Notes under the pieces: generated by a model
Seen by the model: the letters and a program-made list of their open reading frames with translations, nothing else
The model's database searches: none
What the model was told of the DNA's origin: nothing
Source of the DNA: Chloroflexota bacterium
GTDB lineage: Bacteria; Chloroflexota; Limnocylindria; Limnocylindrales; CSP1-4
DNA: 64,000 bases
NCBI GenBank assembly: GCA_027364875.1
Contig: DAHXON010000005.1
Coordinates: forward strand, 3,976 to 67,975
Direction of reading: 5' to 3'
Program-made: the position numbers and the translations under genes
In this document: positions 28,260 through 36,646 of the stretch, one piece after another
How positions within the stretch are numbered: position 1 is the first letter of the stretch
How the letters are laid out: the number at the start of each line of letters is the position of its first letter

Positions 28260-28460
28260 ATGCAGAACGACGTCCGAAAGCTGCGCGAGGATCGAGCCCT
28301 GAGCCAGGGCGATCTGGCCCGGCACCTGGGCGTTTCCCGCCAGACCGTGAACGCGATCGAAACCGGCAAGTACCTGCCGTCGCTGCCGCTGGCGCTCGCG
28401 ATCGGCCGTTTCTTCAGCCGTACAGTCGAGGAGGTGTTCCATGACGAACCGAGCAGCTAG
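28260..28460 (+). CDS. Small XRE-family HTH transcriptional regulator
   Basis: 66 aa. HTH_3 motif LSQGDLARHLGVSRQTVNAIETGKYLPSLPLALAI. Confidence 0.85.
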   Translation: MQNDVRKLREDRALSQGDLARHLGVSRQTVNAIETGKYLPSLPLALAIGRFFSRTVEEVFHDEPSS

Positions 28461-28830
28461 GTGGCTCTTTCCGGTGTTCGGTGTCGGCCTTGGCGTCCTC
28501 GTCGCCCTGGCCGAGAGCGGCCGGTCGAACTCGCTCGTTCAGGCGTTCGTGGCGTTTGCCATCGTCGCCGGCTACGCGCTTGCCCTGGCGGTCCTTCGCG
28601 ATCGGAGCGAGACCGCGCAGCTGCTCACGGGCGTCGCGGTCGACGAGCGCTGGGCGGCGATCAACCAGCGGGCGCTGGCGTCCGCGGCCCAGATCCTGGC
28701 GGTCATGCTGGCGGTCACATTCATAGGGGTGGAGGTCAGCGGCGGGGATGCCATGCCCTACGCCTGGACCGCCGCCGTGTTTGCCGCCGGATACATCGGC
28801 AGCATCCTCTGGTATCGGTGGCGGTCGTGA
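28441..28830 (+). CDS. Four-TM membrane protein, hypothetical (usual partner of small XRE regulators)
   Basis: 129 aa. Overlaps the XRE gene by 20 nt. Four hydrophobic segments. Confidence 0.6.
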   Translation: MTNRAARWLFPVFGVGLGVLVALAESGRSNSLVQAFVAFAIVAGYALALAVLRDRSETAQLLTGVAVDERWAAINQRALASAAQILAVMLAVTFIGVEVSGGDAMPYAWTAAVFAAGYIGSILWYRWRS

Positions 28831-28984
28831 ACGCCGTCCACGCCGACCCTCGGCCGCATTTGCCGATAGGTAGCAGACTTGGTCATCCATGCGAACGACG
28901 ACGCTGCTGCCGTCGCAACGTCAACATCGAACCATCCGCCCGACTTACAGGTCTGAGGGGTGTGGCTGTCTCAACGGAGGTCAA

Positions 28985-29929
28985 ATGAGCCTGACGATCG
29001 ACTCAGTCTCGAAGCGCTTTGGTGAGGTCCGGGCGCTCGACGACGTGAGCCTGGAGATCCAACCCTGCGAGGTCTTCGGCTTCCTGGGGGCGAACGGGGC
29101 CGGCAAGACGACCGCGATGCGCATCATCCTGGACATCCTTCGACCGGACTCGGGCACTGTCGTGTGGAACGGGCGCTCCAACACCGAGCTCCCGCGGGAG
29201 ACATGGGGATACCTGCCCGAGGAACGCGGCCTGTACGCCAAGATGAAGGTCCTGGACCAGCTCGTCTTCTTCTCCCGCCTCCACGGCGTCAAGCGCAAGG
29301 ACGCCGAACGCGAGGCCCGGGAGTGGCTCGATCGCTTCCGGATCCCCGAGTACGCCGACCGCCGCGCCGAGCAACTCTCGAAGGGCAATCAGCAGAAGAT
29401 CCAGTTCATCGCCGCCATCCTCCACGACCCGGACGTGCTGCTCATGGACGAGCCGTTCACCGGTCTCGACCCTGTGAACGTTGCCCTCCTCAAGGAAGCG
29501 TTCCTGGAGATGAAGAACCGCGGCAAGACCATCCTGTTCTCCACGCACCAGATGGAGCAGGTGGAGGAGCTCTGCCAGTCGATCGCGATTCTCGATCGCG
29601 GGCGTCTGATCGTCAGCGGCACGGTTCGAGACGTTCGGGGATCGACCGGTCGCGAGGTGGTCCGCCTGGCCGTCGAAGACGACAGCGAAATGCCCTGGCT
29701 GGCCGAGATCCCGGGTCTGCGGGTCACCCGTCGCGGCCAGGACTACTCCGAGGCCCAGGTTCCTGCCGGCTTCGATCCGGCCATCGTCCTCCAGGCAGCC
29801 CTCTCCCGGGGCTGCAAGGTCCGCCATTTCGAGGTTGCCGATCCGTCGCTCGAAGAGATCTTCATCGAGAAGGTCGGGCGCGTGGACGACTCCGAGCGGA
29901 CTCTAGCCCCCAAGGTGGTGCGCCAGTGA
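28985..29929 (+). CDS. ABC-2-type transporter ATP-binding protein (NatA-like)
   Basis: ATG 5 nt after GGAGG (28975-28979). Motifs GANGAGKTT, LSKGNQQK, LLMDEP. Confidence 0.9.
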   Translation: MSLTIDSVSKRFGEVRALDDVSLEIQPCEVFGFLGANGAGKTTAMRIILDILRPDSGTVVWNGRSNTELPRETWGYLPEERGLYAKMKVLDQLVFFSRLHGVKRKDAEREAREWLDRFRIPEYADRRAEQLSKGNQQKIQFIAAILHDPDVLLMDEPFTGLDPVNVALLKEAFLEMKNRGKTILFSTHQMEQVEELCQSIAILDRGRLIVSGTVRDVRGSTGREVVRLAVEDDSEMPWLAEIPGLRVTRRGQDYSEAQVPAGFDPAIVLQAALSRGCKVRHFEVADPSLEEIFIEKVGRVDDSERTLAPKVVRQ

Positions 29930-31251
29930 ACGGCCTTCGGTCCCTGCTTCCAAATGCCTGGTACGTCGCCATTCGCGAGTATCGCGGACGCGCCAGCAGT
30001 CGCAGCTTCGTCATCGGGACGATCATCCTGGCGGCCATCGCGTTCGCCGCGGCCGAGGCGCCGGTCATTCTCGACTCGCTCGTCTCGTCGAGCCAGACCA
30101 AGCTCGCAATCGTGGTCGAACCGGCCGCGGCCAACATGCCGGCCGACGCCCGAGCCCTTCTCAACGCGGGGCTCAACGGGAGCGACGCGAGCACGAGCTC
30201 CCCGTCATACGTGATCACGTGGCTCGGCCCCGATGGCGCGGCCGCCGCCGAGCGGGAGCTCAAGTCCGGCACCTACAGCGCGTTGCTGACCATCGACCGC
30301 GTCAAGGGCGGCTCGAGCGCCACGCCGGACCTGACATTCACCATGCGGACGGACATGCCGTCGGACGGCCGCGAGGTCCAGTCACTCAAAGCCGCGCTGC
30401 AGAGCGTGGTGATCGAGGACAGGCTGGCTCCGAAGGGCAGCTCGCTGGCGCAGGTGACGGCCGGCTACGAGTTCGACGTTCGGCCGGTCAATCCCGGCTC
30501 GTCGGGTACCAACAGCATCGGCCAGGAGATCTCGTCGAGCCTGCTTTCCACCGGGCTCATCGTCCTGATCTTCATGGCGATCATCACCTACGGCACGTGG
30601 GTGGCGATGAGCGTCGCCGAGGAGAAGGGCAGTCGCGTGATGGAGCTGATGCTCAACGCGGCCACGCCGCTCCAGATGCTCGCCGGCAAGGTGATCGGCA
30701 ACGGGGCGGCGGGATTGACCCAGTACGGGGTCATCCTGGCGGCGGGCATAGCCGGCGTCCTGTCTCAAGACCGGGTTCGGAGCCTGCTCGGGACGTCTTC
30801 CAGCAACGCCGTCGGCTTCGGCGGGCTGACGCCCGGGGTGGTGGCCGGGTTCGTCATCCTGTTCGTGCTCGGGTTCACGTTCTATTCGCTGCTGTACGCG
30901 GCCCTCGGCTCGCTCGTCAGCCGCCAGGAAGACGTCCAGAGCGCGACCTCGCCCCTGATGATGCTGATCATGGTCGGCTACTTCCTGTCGATCTTCGGTC
31001 TGCAGGCCATCAACGAAACGTGGGTCCGGATCGCTTCGTTCATTCCGTTCTTCAGCCCGTACCTGATGCTCGCCCGTATTGCGGTGGGCGAAGTGGCGCC
31101 CTGGGAGGTCGGCCTGGCCGTCCTGGTGCTCGTCGTCTCGATCGGCTTCGCCCTGGTGCTTGCCGCCCGGATCTACAGCGCCGGCGTGCTGCTCTACGGG
31201 CAGCGCGTCGGTCTGCGTGAAGTCCTCAAGGCCGCCCGCGTCGCTCGCTGA
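29926..31251 (+). CDS. ABC-2 family permease (NatB/YhaP-like) with large extracytoplasmic loop
   Basis: The GTG overlaps the ATPase stop (GTGA). One N-terminal TM, a ~170-aa loop, then five or six TM segments. Confidence 0.8.
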   Translation: MNGLRSLLPNAWYVAIREYRGRASSRSFVIGTIILAAIAFAAAEAPVILDSLVSSSQTKLAIVVEPAAANMPADARALLNAGLNGSDASTSSPSYVITWLGPDGAAAAERELKSGTYSALLTIDRVKGGSSATPDLTFTMRTDMPSDGREVQSLKAALQSVVIEDRLAPKGSSLAQVTAGYEFDVRPVNPGSSGTNSIGQEISSSLLSTGLIVLIFMAIITYGTWVAMSVAEEKGSRVMELMLNAATPLQMLAGKVIGNGAAGLTQYGVILAAGIAGVLSQDRVRSLLGTSSSNAVGFGGLTPGVVAGFVILFVLGFTFYSLLYAALGSLVSRQEDVQSATSPLMMLIMVGYFLSIFGLQAINETWVRIASFIPFFSPYLMLARIAVGEVAPWEVGLAVLVLVVSIGFALVLAARIYSAGVLLYGQRVGLREVLKAARVAR

Positions 31252-31285
31252 GCGCGTCGCGACAGCTCACCATGCCGCTGGGGGC

Positions 31286-32029
31286 TCAGTCCTCCAGCGG
31301 CAGACGCTGGATGAGAGCCAGGATGGGCCGCCGGGGTGGGGGAGCTGCGACCGGGTCCGGGAGCACGTGCAGCGGCATCTCGCCCGGTTGCGTCGCGATC
31401 CAGCGCCACAGCTCGCTGCGCCTCCCCGGCAGGTATGGGCTTCGGAGATGGCGAGCCATCACGCCACGCAGACCCTGCTGGACGACCGCCGAATAGAGGT
31501 CCAGGCCCTCGCCGACCACACCCGGCAGGACCACCAGCTCCGAGCTCGGAGTAACTACTTTCGCCAGCCTCTCCCGGCGCCTCAGCAGTGGCTGGGCGAT
31601 GATCGGTCGTCCGGCCGACCATAAGAGATCGAAGGCAAGGAAGACCGGGATCGAATCCACCCGGTCGCCGTCCTCCAGGCGCCGGACCAGCGCGTCCTCA
31701 TCCATCCGGCCCGCCTTGTCCGGGATGACCACCTCGCCGTCGAGGATCGCCGGCAGGTCCGAAACCCGGTCGGCGATGACGGTCAGTTCCGGAAGCCATG
31801 GCGCCAGATCGCGCCCTTGCTCGTCCAGAAGCGTCAGGCGGGCATGGCGGCCGGGCTCGGGCTCGATCATGGCCAGGACGCGCCGGCCGCCCCAGCGCGG
31901 CTCGAAGATGTGCTCGTCCGAGTCGAAGGCGGCATCGGCCGGTCGTGCGAGCATCGGCCGGAGCGATCGCGGCAGACGCGCCACGTCGCCCGAGAGGCTC
32001 AGCGACAGCTGGTCAGTCCGGTCGTCCAC
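31286..32029 (-). CDS. ATP-dependent DNA ligase adenylation-domain homolog lacking the catalytic lysines (probable pseudo-enzyme), no OB domain
   Basis: 247 aa. Collinear with LigD/LigC nucleotidyltransferase motifs, but motif I is EPRWGGRR (canonical E-x-K-x-D-G), motif IV is RGVMAR (canonical EG-x-x-x-K) and motif V is LWRWI (canonical W-x-K-x-K). Motif III FLAFDLL and DGEVV are conserved. Confidence 0.7.
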   Translation of the reverse strand: MDDRTDQLSLSLSGDVARLPRSLRPMLARPADAAFDSDEHIFEPRWGGRRVLAMIEPEPGRHARLTLLDEQGRDLAPWLPELTVIADRVSDLPAILDGEVVIPDKAGRMDEDALVRRLEDGDRVDSIPVFLAFDLLWSAGRPIIAQPLLRRRERLAKVVTPSSELVVLPGVVGEGLDLYSAVVQQGLRGVMARHLRSPYLPGRRSELWRWIATQPGEMPLHVLPDPVAAPPPRRPILALIQRLPLED

Positions 32030-32047
32030 ACCGCGATACTACGCCCT

Positions 32048-32195
32048 CGCGCCTTCGCGGGCGGCCGCTGGCGTTGTTCTCGGCTGCGGTCCTCGCTCAC
32101 GGGCGTTGAGCCCGCTCGCTGCGGTCCTCGCCTCGGCCTAGCCAGCGACTCGCCGGCTCGGCGCGCCTTCGCGGGCGGCCGCGTTCTCGGCTGCG
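32048..32195. repeat. GC-rich intergenic direct repeats
   Basis: CGCGCCTTCGCGGGCGGCCGC occurs at 32048 and 32162, each followed by GTTCTCGGCTGCG. GCTGCGGTCCTCGC occurs at 32083 and 32118. Confidence 0.8.
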
Positions 32196-32212
32196 CGGGC
32201 GGCCGCCGGGCC

Positions 32213-33190
32213 TCAGTACGGCTCGGGGACGAAATGCTGGCTCAGCAGGGGCGGGCGGACGTAGCCGGCGTCGGTCTGGCGCGGCGGCAGGACGATCCGT
32301 TCGGGCGTCGTGTCCTCGTACGGAATGGCGCCGAGGAGGTGGCTGATGCAGTTGAGCCGGGCCCGCCGCTTGTCGTTCGCTTCGACGACCCACCAGGGCG
32401 AGTCGGGCGTGTCCGTGGCGGCGAACATGGCGTCCTTTGCGCGCGAGTAGTCCACCCAGTGCGACCGCGACGTCACGTCCATCGGCGAGATCTTCCAGCG
32501 CTTCGTTGGATCGTTGATCCGCGCCTGGAACCGCCGTTCCTGCTCCTCGTCGCTCACCGAGAACCAGTACTTGATCAGGATGACGCCGGAGCGGATGAGC
32601 ATCCGCTCGAACTCCGGGGCGGTGCGGAGGAAGTCGCGATACTCCTCTTCCGTGCAGAAGCCCATCACCTTCTCGACGCCGGCGCGGTTGTACCAGCTGC
32701 GGTCGAAGAGGACCCATTCGCCGGCGGCCGGCAGCTGGGCCACGTAACGCTGGAAATACCACTGGCTCCGTTCGCGCTCCGTGGGGACGCCGAGCGCCAC
32801 GATCCGAGCGATGCGGGGGTTGAGGGTCTCGGTGATGCGCTTGATCACGCCGCCCTTGCCGGCGGCGTCGCGACCTTCGAAGAGGCAGACGACCCGCAGG
32901 CCTCGGATGCGGATCCACTCCTGGAGCTTGACCAGCTCCACTTGCAGGCGGATCAGCTCGGACTCGTAGAACTCCGTCTCGAGCTTGCGCCGCCGGCGAT
33001 GGACGAGGTCGCCGGTCGAGGGATCGTAGAAGCCGCCCGCAGCCACCGGCCCATCGTCGCGGCCGTTTCCATGACCGCTATCGGCCGCCTCGACTACGGG
33101 CCGATCGGCGACGTCGGGCGCGCCTTCGTGAGCGCGCTTCTCGCGAGGCGCCTTGGCTGGCTTTCCGTCGGAAGCCTTGTGTGCGCACAT
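32213..33190 (-). CDS. ppk2: Polyphosphate kinase 2 (single-domain) with ~70-aa N-terminal extension
   Basis: 325 aa. Motifs FEGRDAAGKGG (Walker A), FDRSWYNR, WKISPMD, PWWVVEANDKRRARLN. Confidence 0.9.
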   Translation of the reverse strand: MCAHKASDGKPAKAPREKRAHEGAPDVADRPVVEAADSGHGNGRDDGPVAAGGFYDPSTGDLVHRRRRKLETEFYESELIRLQVELVKLQEWIRIRGLRVVCLFEGRDAAGKGGVIKRITETLNPRIARIVALGVPTERERSQWYFQRYVAQLPAAGEWVLFDRSWYNRAGVEKVMGFCTEEEYRDFLRTAPEFERMLIRSGVILIKYWFSVSDEEQERRFQARINDPTKRWKISPMDVTSRSHWVDYSRAKDAMFAATDTPDSPWWVVEANDKRRARLNCISHLLGAIPYEDTTPERIVLPPRQTDAGYVRPPLLSQHFVPEPY

Positions 33191-33367
33191 GTGGGGTTAG
33201 TCGGCTGCGCAGGTCCCGTATATGAGAGGACCGGGTCGCCGCCAATGTACATCCCTCACTGCCGGGCGAACAGCACGGCATTTTCCGGCCGCGGCCTCCC
33301 GGCGGTCGCCTCCGTCTACTCCACCTGTACGAGGCGCGAACCTGCCTGAACGAATAGCATTGCCGGG

Positions 33368-34603
33368 ATGCGTTGGCTGCGGGTTCTTTATGTCTCCAAC
33401 GGGCTCGCGGTCGGGAGCCTGTACGGCTTCATCCCCGTGTTGCTCGCCTCCAAGGGGTTCGACCCGGCACTGGTCGGGGTGGCTACCAGCCTGGGCTCGG
33501 CCAGCTACACCATGGCCCTGCCGATGTGGGGTCATGTAAGCGACGCCATAACCGGGCCTCGCCGGGCGCTCCAGTTAGCCTGCATTCCGGCGGCCATCTT
33601 CGCTTTGGGCCTCGCCGCGCCGCTCCCGGTCCTGGCCGTCATCTTGTGCCAGGTGATGCTCAGCATCGGCAGCGGCCCGGGCATGGCCCTCACGGACGCG
33701 ATGGTCGTGCCGGAGCTGGAAGACGCTTCCCGGGAGTACTCCCGTCTGCGCCTGCTGACCAGCTCCGGCGCCGCCTCTTCCGCCGCTCTGTGCGGCGCCC
33801 TCTACAGCGTCACCGGCTACACGGCCGCACCATTCGTCTACCTGTTCGTGATGGCCGCCACCTTCACCGCGGCTCATTTCGTCACCGTCGGCCGCGCGCC
33901 GGTACGACATGAGCCGATTGCGGTGGCGCCGGCTTCGTTGACCGACAGCGAGGCGACGGCTCTGCCGCGCCGGCCCCGCGGCGGCTCCATCGGAGAAGTG
34001 TTCAGGATCCGGCCCAGGATGTACGGAATCCTCGTCTCGGTGGTGCTGATCTTCATCGGAGTGATGGCCGCCGGCACGTACGTGACCCTTCGGATCACGG
34101 ACCTGGGTGGCGGGCCGTTCGGCGTGGGTCTGTCCAACGCGCTCGGCTGGTCCGCGGAAGTTCCCGGAATGATCCTGGCCGGGTGGCTGATCGCCCGGTT
34201 CGGCGCGCGGCCGGTGCTCGCGATCAGCTCGACCGGTTTCGCCGCTTGCATCGGAAGCTGGGTCATCCTGGCCGATCTGGTGTCCATCTCGATCACGCGC
34301 TTCGTGTCGGGCGTCTTCTTTGCGGGGGTCTTCGTCTCGTTCGTGCTGACGATCTCGGCGATCCTGCCGCCGCGCCTGCAATCCACGGGCCAGACGCTCC
34401 TCCAGGCCGCCTGCTTCGGCTTCGCCGCGATCGTCGCGAACCTCATCGGCGGTCTGATGTACCAGCAGTGGGGGCCCGTGGGTGTGTTCGGCGGGGGAGC
34501 GGCCTGTGCCGCGATAGGCGGACTGGTCGGCCTGGCGGTGCTGCCCTCGGAAGTCGAGCCGGAAGAGACATCGGCGGCGCCGGCCGCGCCCTCGGTCGCC
34601 TGA
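33368..34603 (+). CDS. MFS transporter
   Basis: 411 aa, about 12 TM segments, with a central charged loop. Confidence 0.8.
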   Translation: MRWLRVLYVSNGLAVGSLYGFIPVLLASKGFDPALVGVATSLGSASYTMALPMWGHVSDAITGPRRALQLACIPAAIFALGLAAPLPVLAVILCQVMLSIGSGPGMALTDAMVVPELEDASREYSRLRLLTSSGAASSAALCGALYSVTGYTAAPFVYLFVMAATFTAAHFVTVGRAPVRHEPIAVAPASLTDSEATALPRRPRGGSIGEVFRIRPRMYGILVSVVLIFIGVMAAGTYVTLRITDLGGGPFGVGLSNALGWSAEVPGMILAGWLIARFGARPVLAISSTGFAACIGSWVILADLVSISITRFVSGVFFAGVFVSFVLTISAILPPRLQSTGQTLLQAACFGFAAIVANLIGGLMYQQWGPVGVFGGGAACAAIGGLVGLAVLPSEVEPEETSAAPAAPSVA

Positions 34604-34676
34604 TCGCTGACGCGCCGCCGCCGCAGGCCGCCGCCGCGGGCCGCGCGGGCCTCGGCCGGCCGGTACCATTCCGGCC

Positions 34677-36092
34677 ATGAAGATGTGGGGCGGTCGATTC
34701 CAGGGTTCCTCCGACGAGCGCATGGCCGAATTCACGCGCTCGATCGACTTCGACGTCGAGCTCGCTCTCGACGACATCGCCGGCTCGATCGCGCACGTCC
34801 ACGGCCTCGGCCGGGCGGGTCTGCTCGGGCCCGCGGACGTGGAAACGCTCGTCCGGGGTCTGGAGGATCTGCGCGACGACGTGGAGGGCGGCAGGATCGT
34901 CTGGGATCCGGCGCTCGAAGACGTGCACATGAACCTGGAGGCGGCGCTTGGGGCGCGGGTAGGAGCCGTCGCGGGGCGGCTTCACACGGGCCGGTCGCGC
35001 AACGACCAGGTGGCCACGGACGTGCGGTTGTGGCTGCGCCGCACCCTCGACCGATTGGACGCGGCCGCCGTCGAGATGGAGCGGGCGCTGGTTGGTCTGG
35101 CCGTCCGGGACGGCGACGCGATCCTGCCCGGGATGACCCACATCCAGCCCGCTCAGCCGGTGCTGTTCGCCCACCACCTGCTCGCCTACGTCGAGATGCT
35201 CGAGCGGGATCGCGGTCGGATGGCCGACTGCCGGCGGCGAGCCAACGTTTCGCCGCTGGGCTCGGGGGCGCTGGCGGGTGCCGGCTATCCGCTCGACAGG
35301 GAGGCGACCGCGGCCGAGCTCGGCTTCGCCGGCGTCACTGCCAACTCGCTCGACGGCGTGAGCGACCGCGACTTCGCCGTGGAGGCGCTCTCGGCTTTCT
35401 CCCTGTGCATGGTCCACCTGTCCCGCCTGGCCGAGGAGATCACCTGGTGGTCGAACCCGCGGATCGGGTTCGTGCGTGCCTCCGACGCGTTCTCGACCGG
35501 GTCGTCGATGATGCCGAACAAGAAGAACCCCGATCCGGCCGAGCTCGTGCGAGGCAAGACGGCCCGTGTGATCGGCGAGCTGACCGGCCTGCTCACCCTG
35601 CTCAAGGGCCTGCCGCTGGCCTACCAGAAGGACATGCAGGACGACAAGCCGCCGCTGTTCGACGCCGCTGCCACCCTCGAGGCGTCGCTGCTCGTGATGT
35701 CCGGGATGATCGCCACGCTGACGGTGAACCGCGAGGCGATGCGATCCGCCGCGGGCGACGGCTTCACCACTGCCACGTCCGTGGCCGACGCGCTCGTCCG
35801 GCGGGGGCTGCCGTTCCGGGCCGCTCACCACATCGTGGGGGCCCTGGTCGCGGAGGCGGAGCGGACGGGACGTGGCCTGGATGCTCTCGACGACGCGACG
35901 ATCGCGGCCGCGCTCGGGGCTTCGGAGGATGCGGCGGCGGTGGCGCTGGCGGGCGATGGCGGTATCGCCGCTGAGATGCGCGCCGCGGCCGGACTCGAGG
36001 GAGCGATGGCCGGATGCGATGTCGTCGGGGGAACGGCGCCGCGACGCGTTGCCGCCGCGCTGGCCGCCGCCAGGGAGCGGCTGGGGATCTAG
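34677..36092 (+). CDS. argH: Argininosuccinate lyase
   Basis: 471 aa. Motifs MWGGRF, TGRSRNDQVATD, GSSMMPNKKNPD. Confidence 0.95.
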   Translation: MKMWGGRFQGSSDERMAEFTRSIDFDVELALDDIAGSIAHVHGLGRAGLLGPADVETLVRGLEDLRDDVEGGRIVWDPALEDVHMNLEAALGARVGAVAGRLHTGRSRNDQVATDVRLWLRRTLDRLDAAAVEMERALVGLAVRDGDAILPGMTHIQPAQPVLFAHHLLAYVEMLERDRGRMADCRRRANVSPLGSGALAGAGYPLDREATAAELGFAGVTANSLDGVSDRDFAVEALSAFSLCMVHLSRLAEEITWWSNPRIGFVRASDAFSTGSSMMPNKKNPDPAELVRGKTARVIGELTGLLTLLKGLPLAYQKDMQDDKPPLFDAAATLEASLLVMSGMIATLTVNREAMRSAAGDGFTTATSVADALVRRGLPFRAAHHIVGALVAEAERTGRGLDALDDATIAAALGASEDAAAVALAGDGGIAAEMRAAAGLEGAMAGCDVVGGTAPRRVAAALAAARERLGI

Positions 36093-36169
36093 GCCGGCGT
36101 CCCCTTTCGGCACCCAATCGCTACCCGCGCACGCCTCGATTTCCGCGACCGCCGGCCTAGGCTGACGGC

Positions 36170-36418
36170 ATGAAGCTGCACGATTTCGAGCCGGTTGGAG
36201 GAACGCCCAGCCCGCGTGCCGTCAAGCGCGAGGACTCCGTGGTGCTGACCTGCGCCGCGTGCGGCTGCCGCCTCACCGCCCGTGAGTCTCTCCGCGACAG
36301 CGGCCGGTATGGACCGGATGCCGCCTGGCGCCACTTCCCCGGTGAGACCGGCCGGGACGCTCGCGGCTGCCAGGTGGACTGCGTGGATTCGCCGCATCGG
36401 ATCGCCCCGCTCGACTGA
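36170..36418 (+). CDS. Small Cys-containing hypothetical protein (82 aa)
   Basis: ATG start, strong G/C third-position bias in this frame, and a CAACGC...GC..DC cysteine pattern. No family recognised. Confidence 0.35.
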   Translation: MKLHDFEPVGGTPSPRAVKREDSVVLTCAACGCRLTARESLRDSGRYGPDAAWRHFPGETGRDARGCQVDCVDSPHRIAPLD

Positions 36419-36646
36419 CTCGGCTGCCCGCCGGCGATGGGACGATCGCACGCCGCCCGTTCCCATCGTCGCGCTCGGAGTTGTAACCGTCGTTCCGAAC
36501 GGCAACCGCCGCGACACCCGGGCGCGACCAAAGGATCACTCGCCGGTTACTGAATGCCCCGAGGCGGTTCCATAGGCTGTGGAGCGGGCACGGCAGCCGC
36601 TCCTGCGTGCTCGTTGGGACCCGGCGACAGGGATCAAGGAGGACTC

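Noticed and set aside
36480-36646. A GlnR/NtcA-type operator upstream of amt (GTAAC...GAAC words around 36483-36500).
   Set aside because: Spacing and half-sites do not fit the gTnAc-N6-GaAAc pattern. Only single loose half-sites are present.
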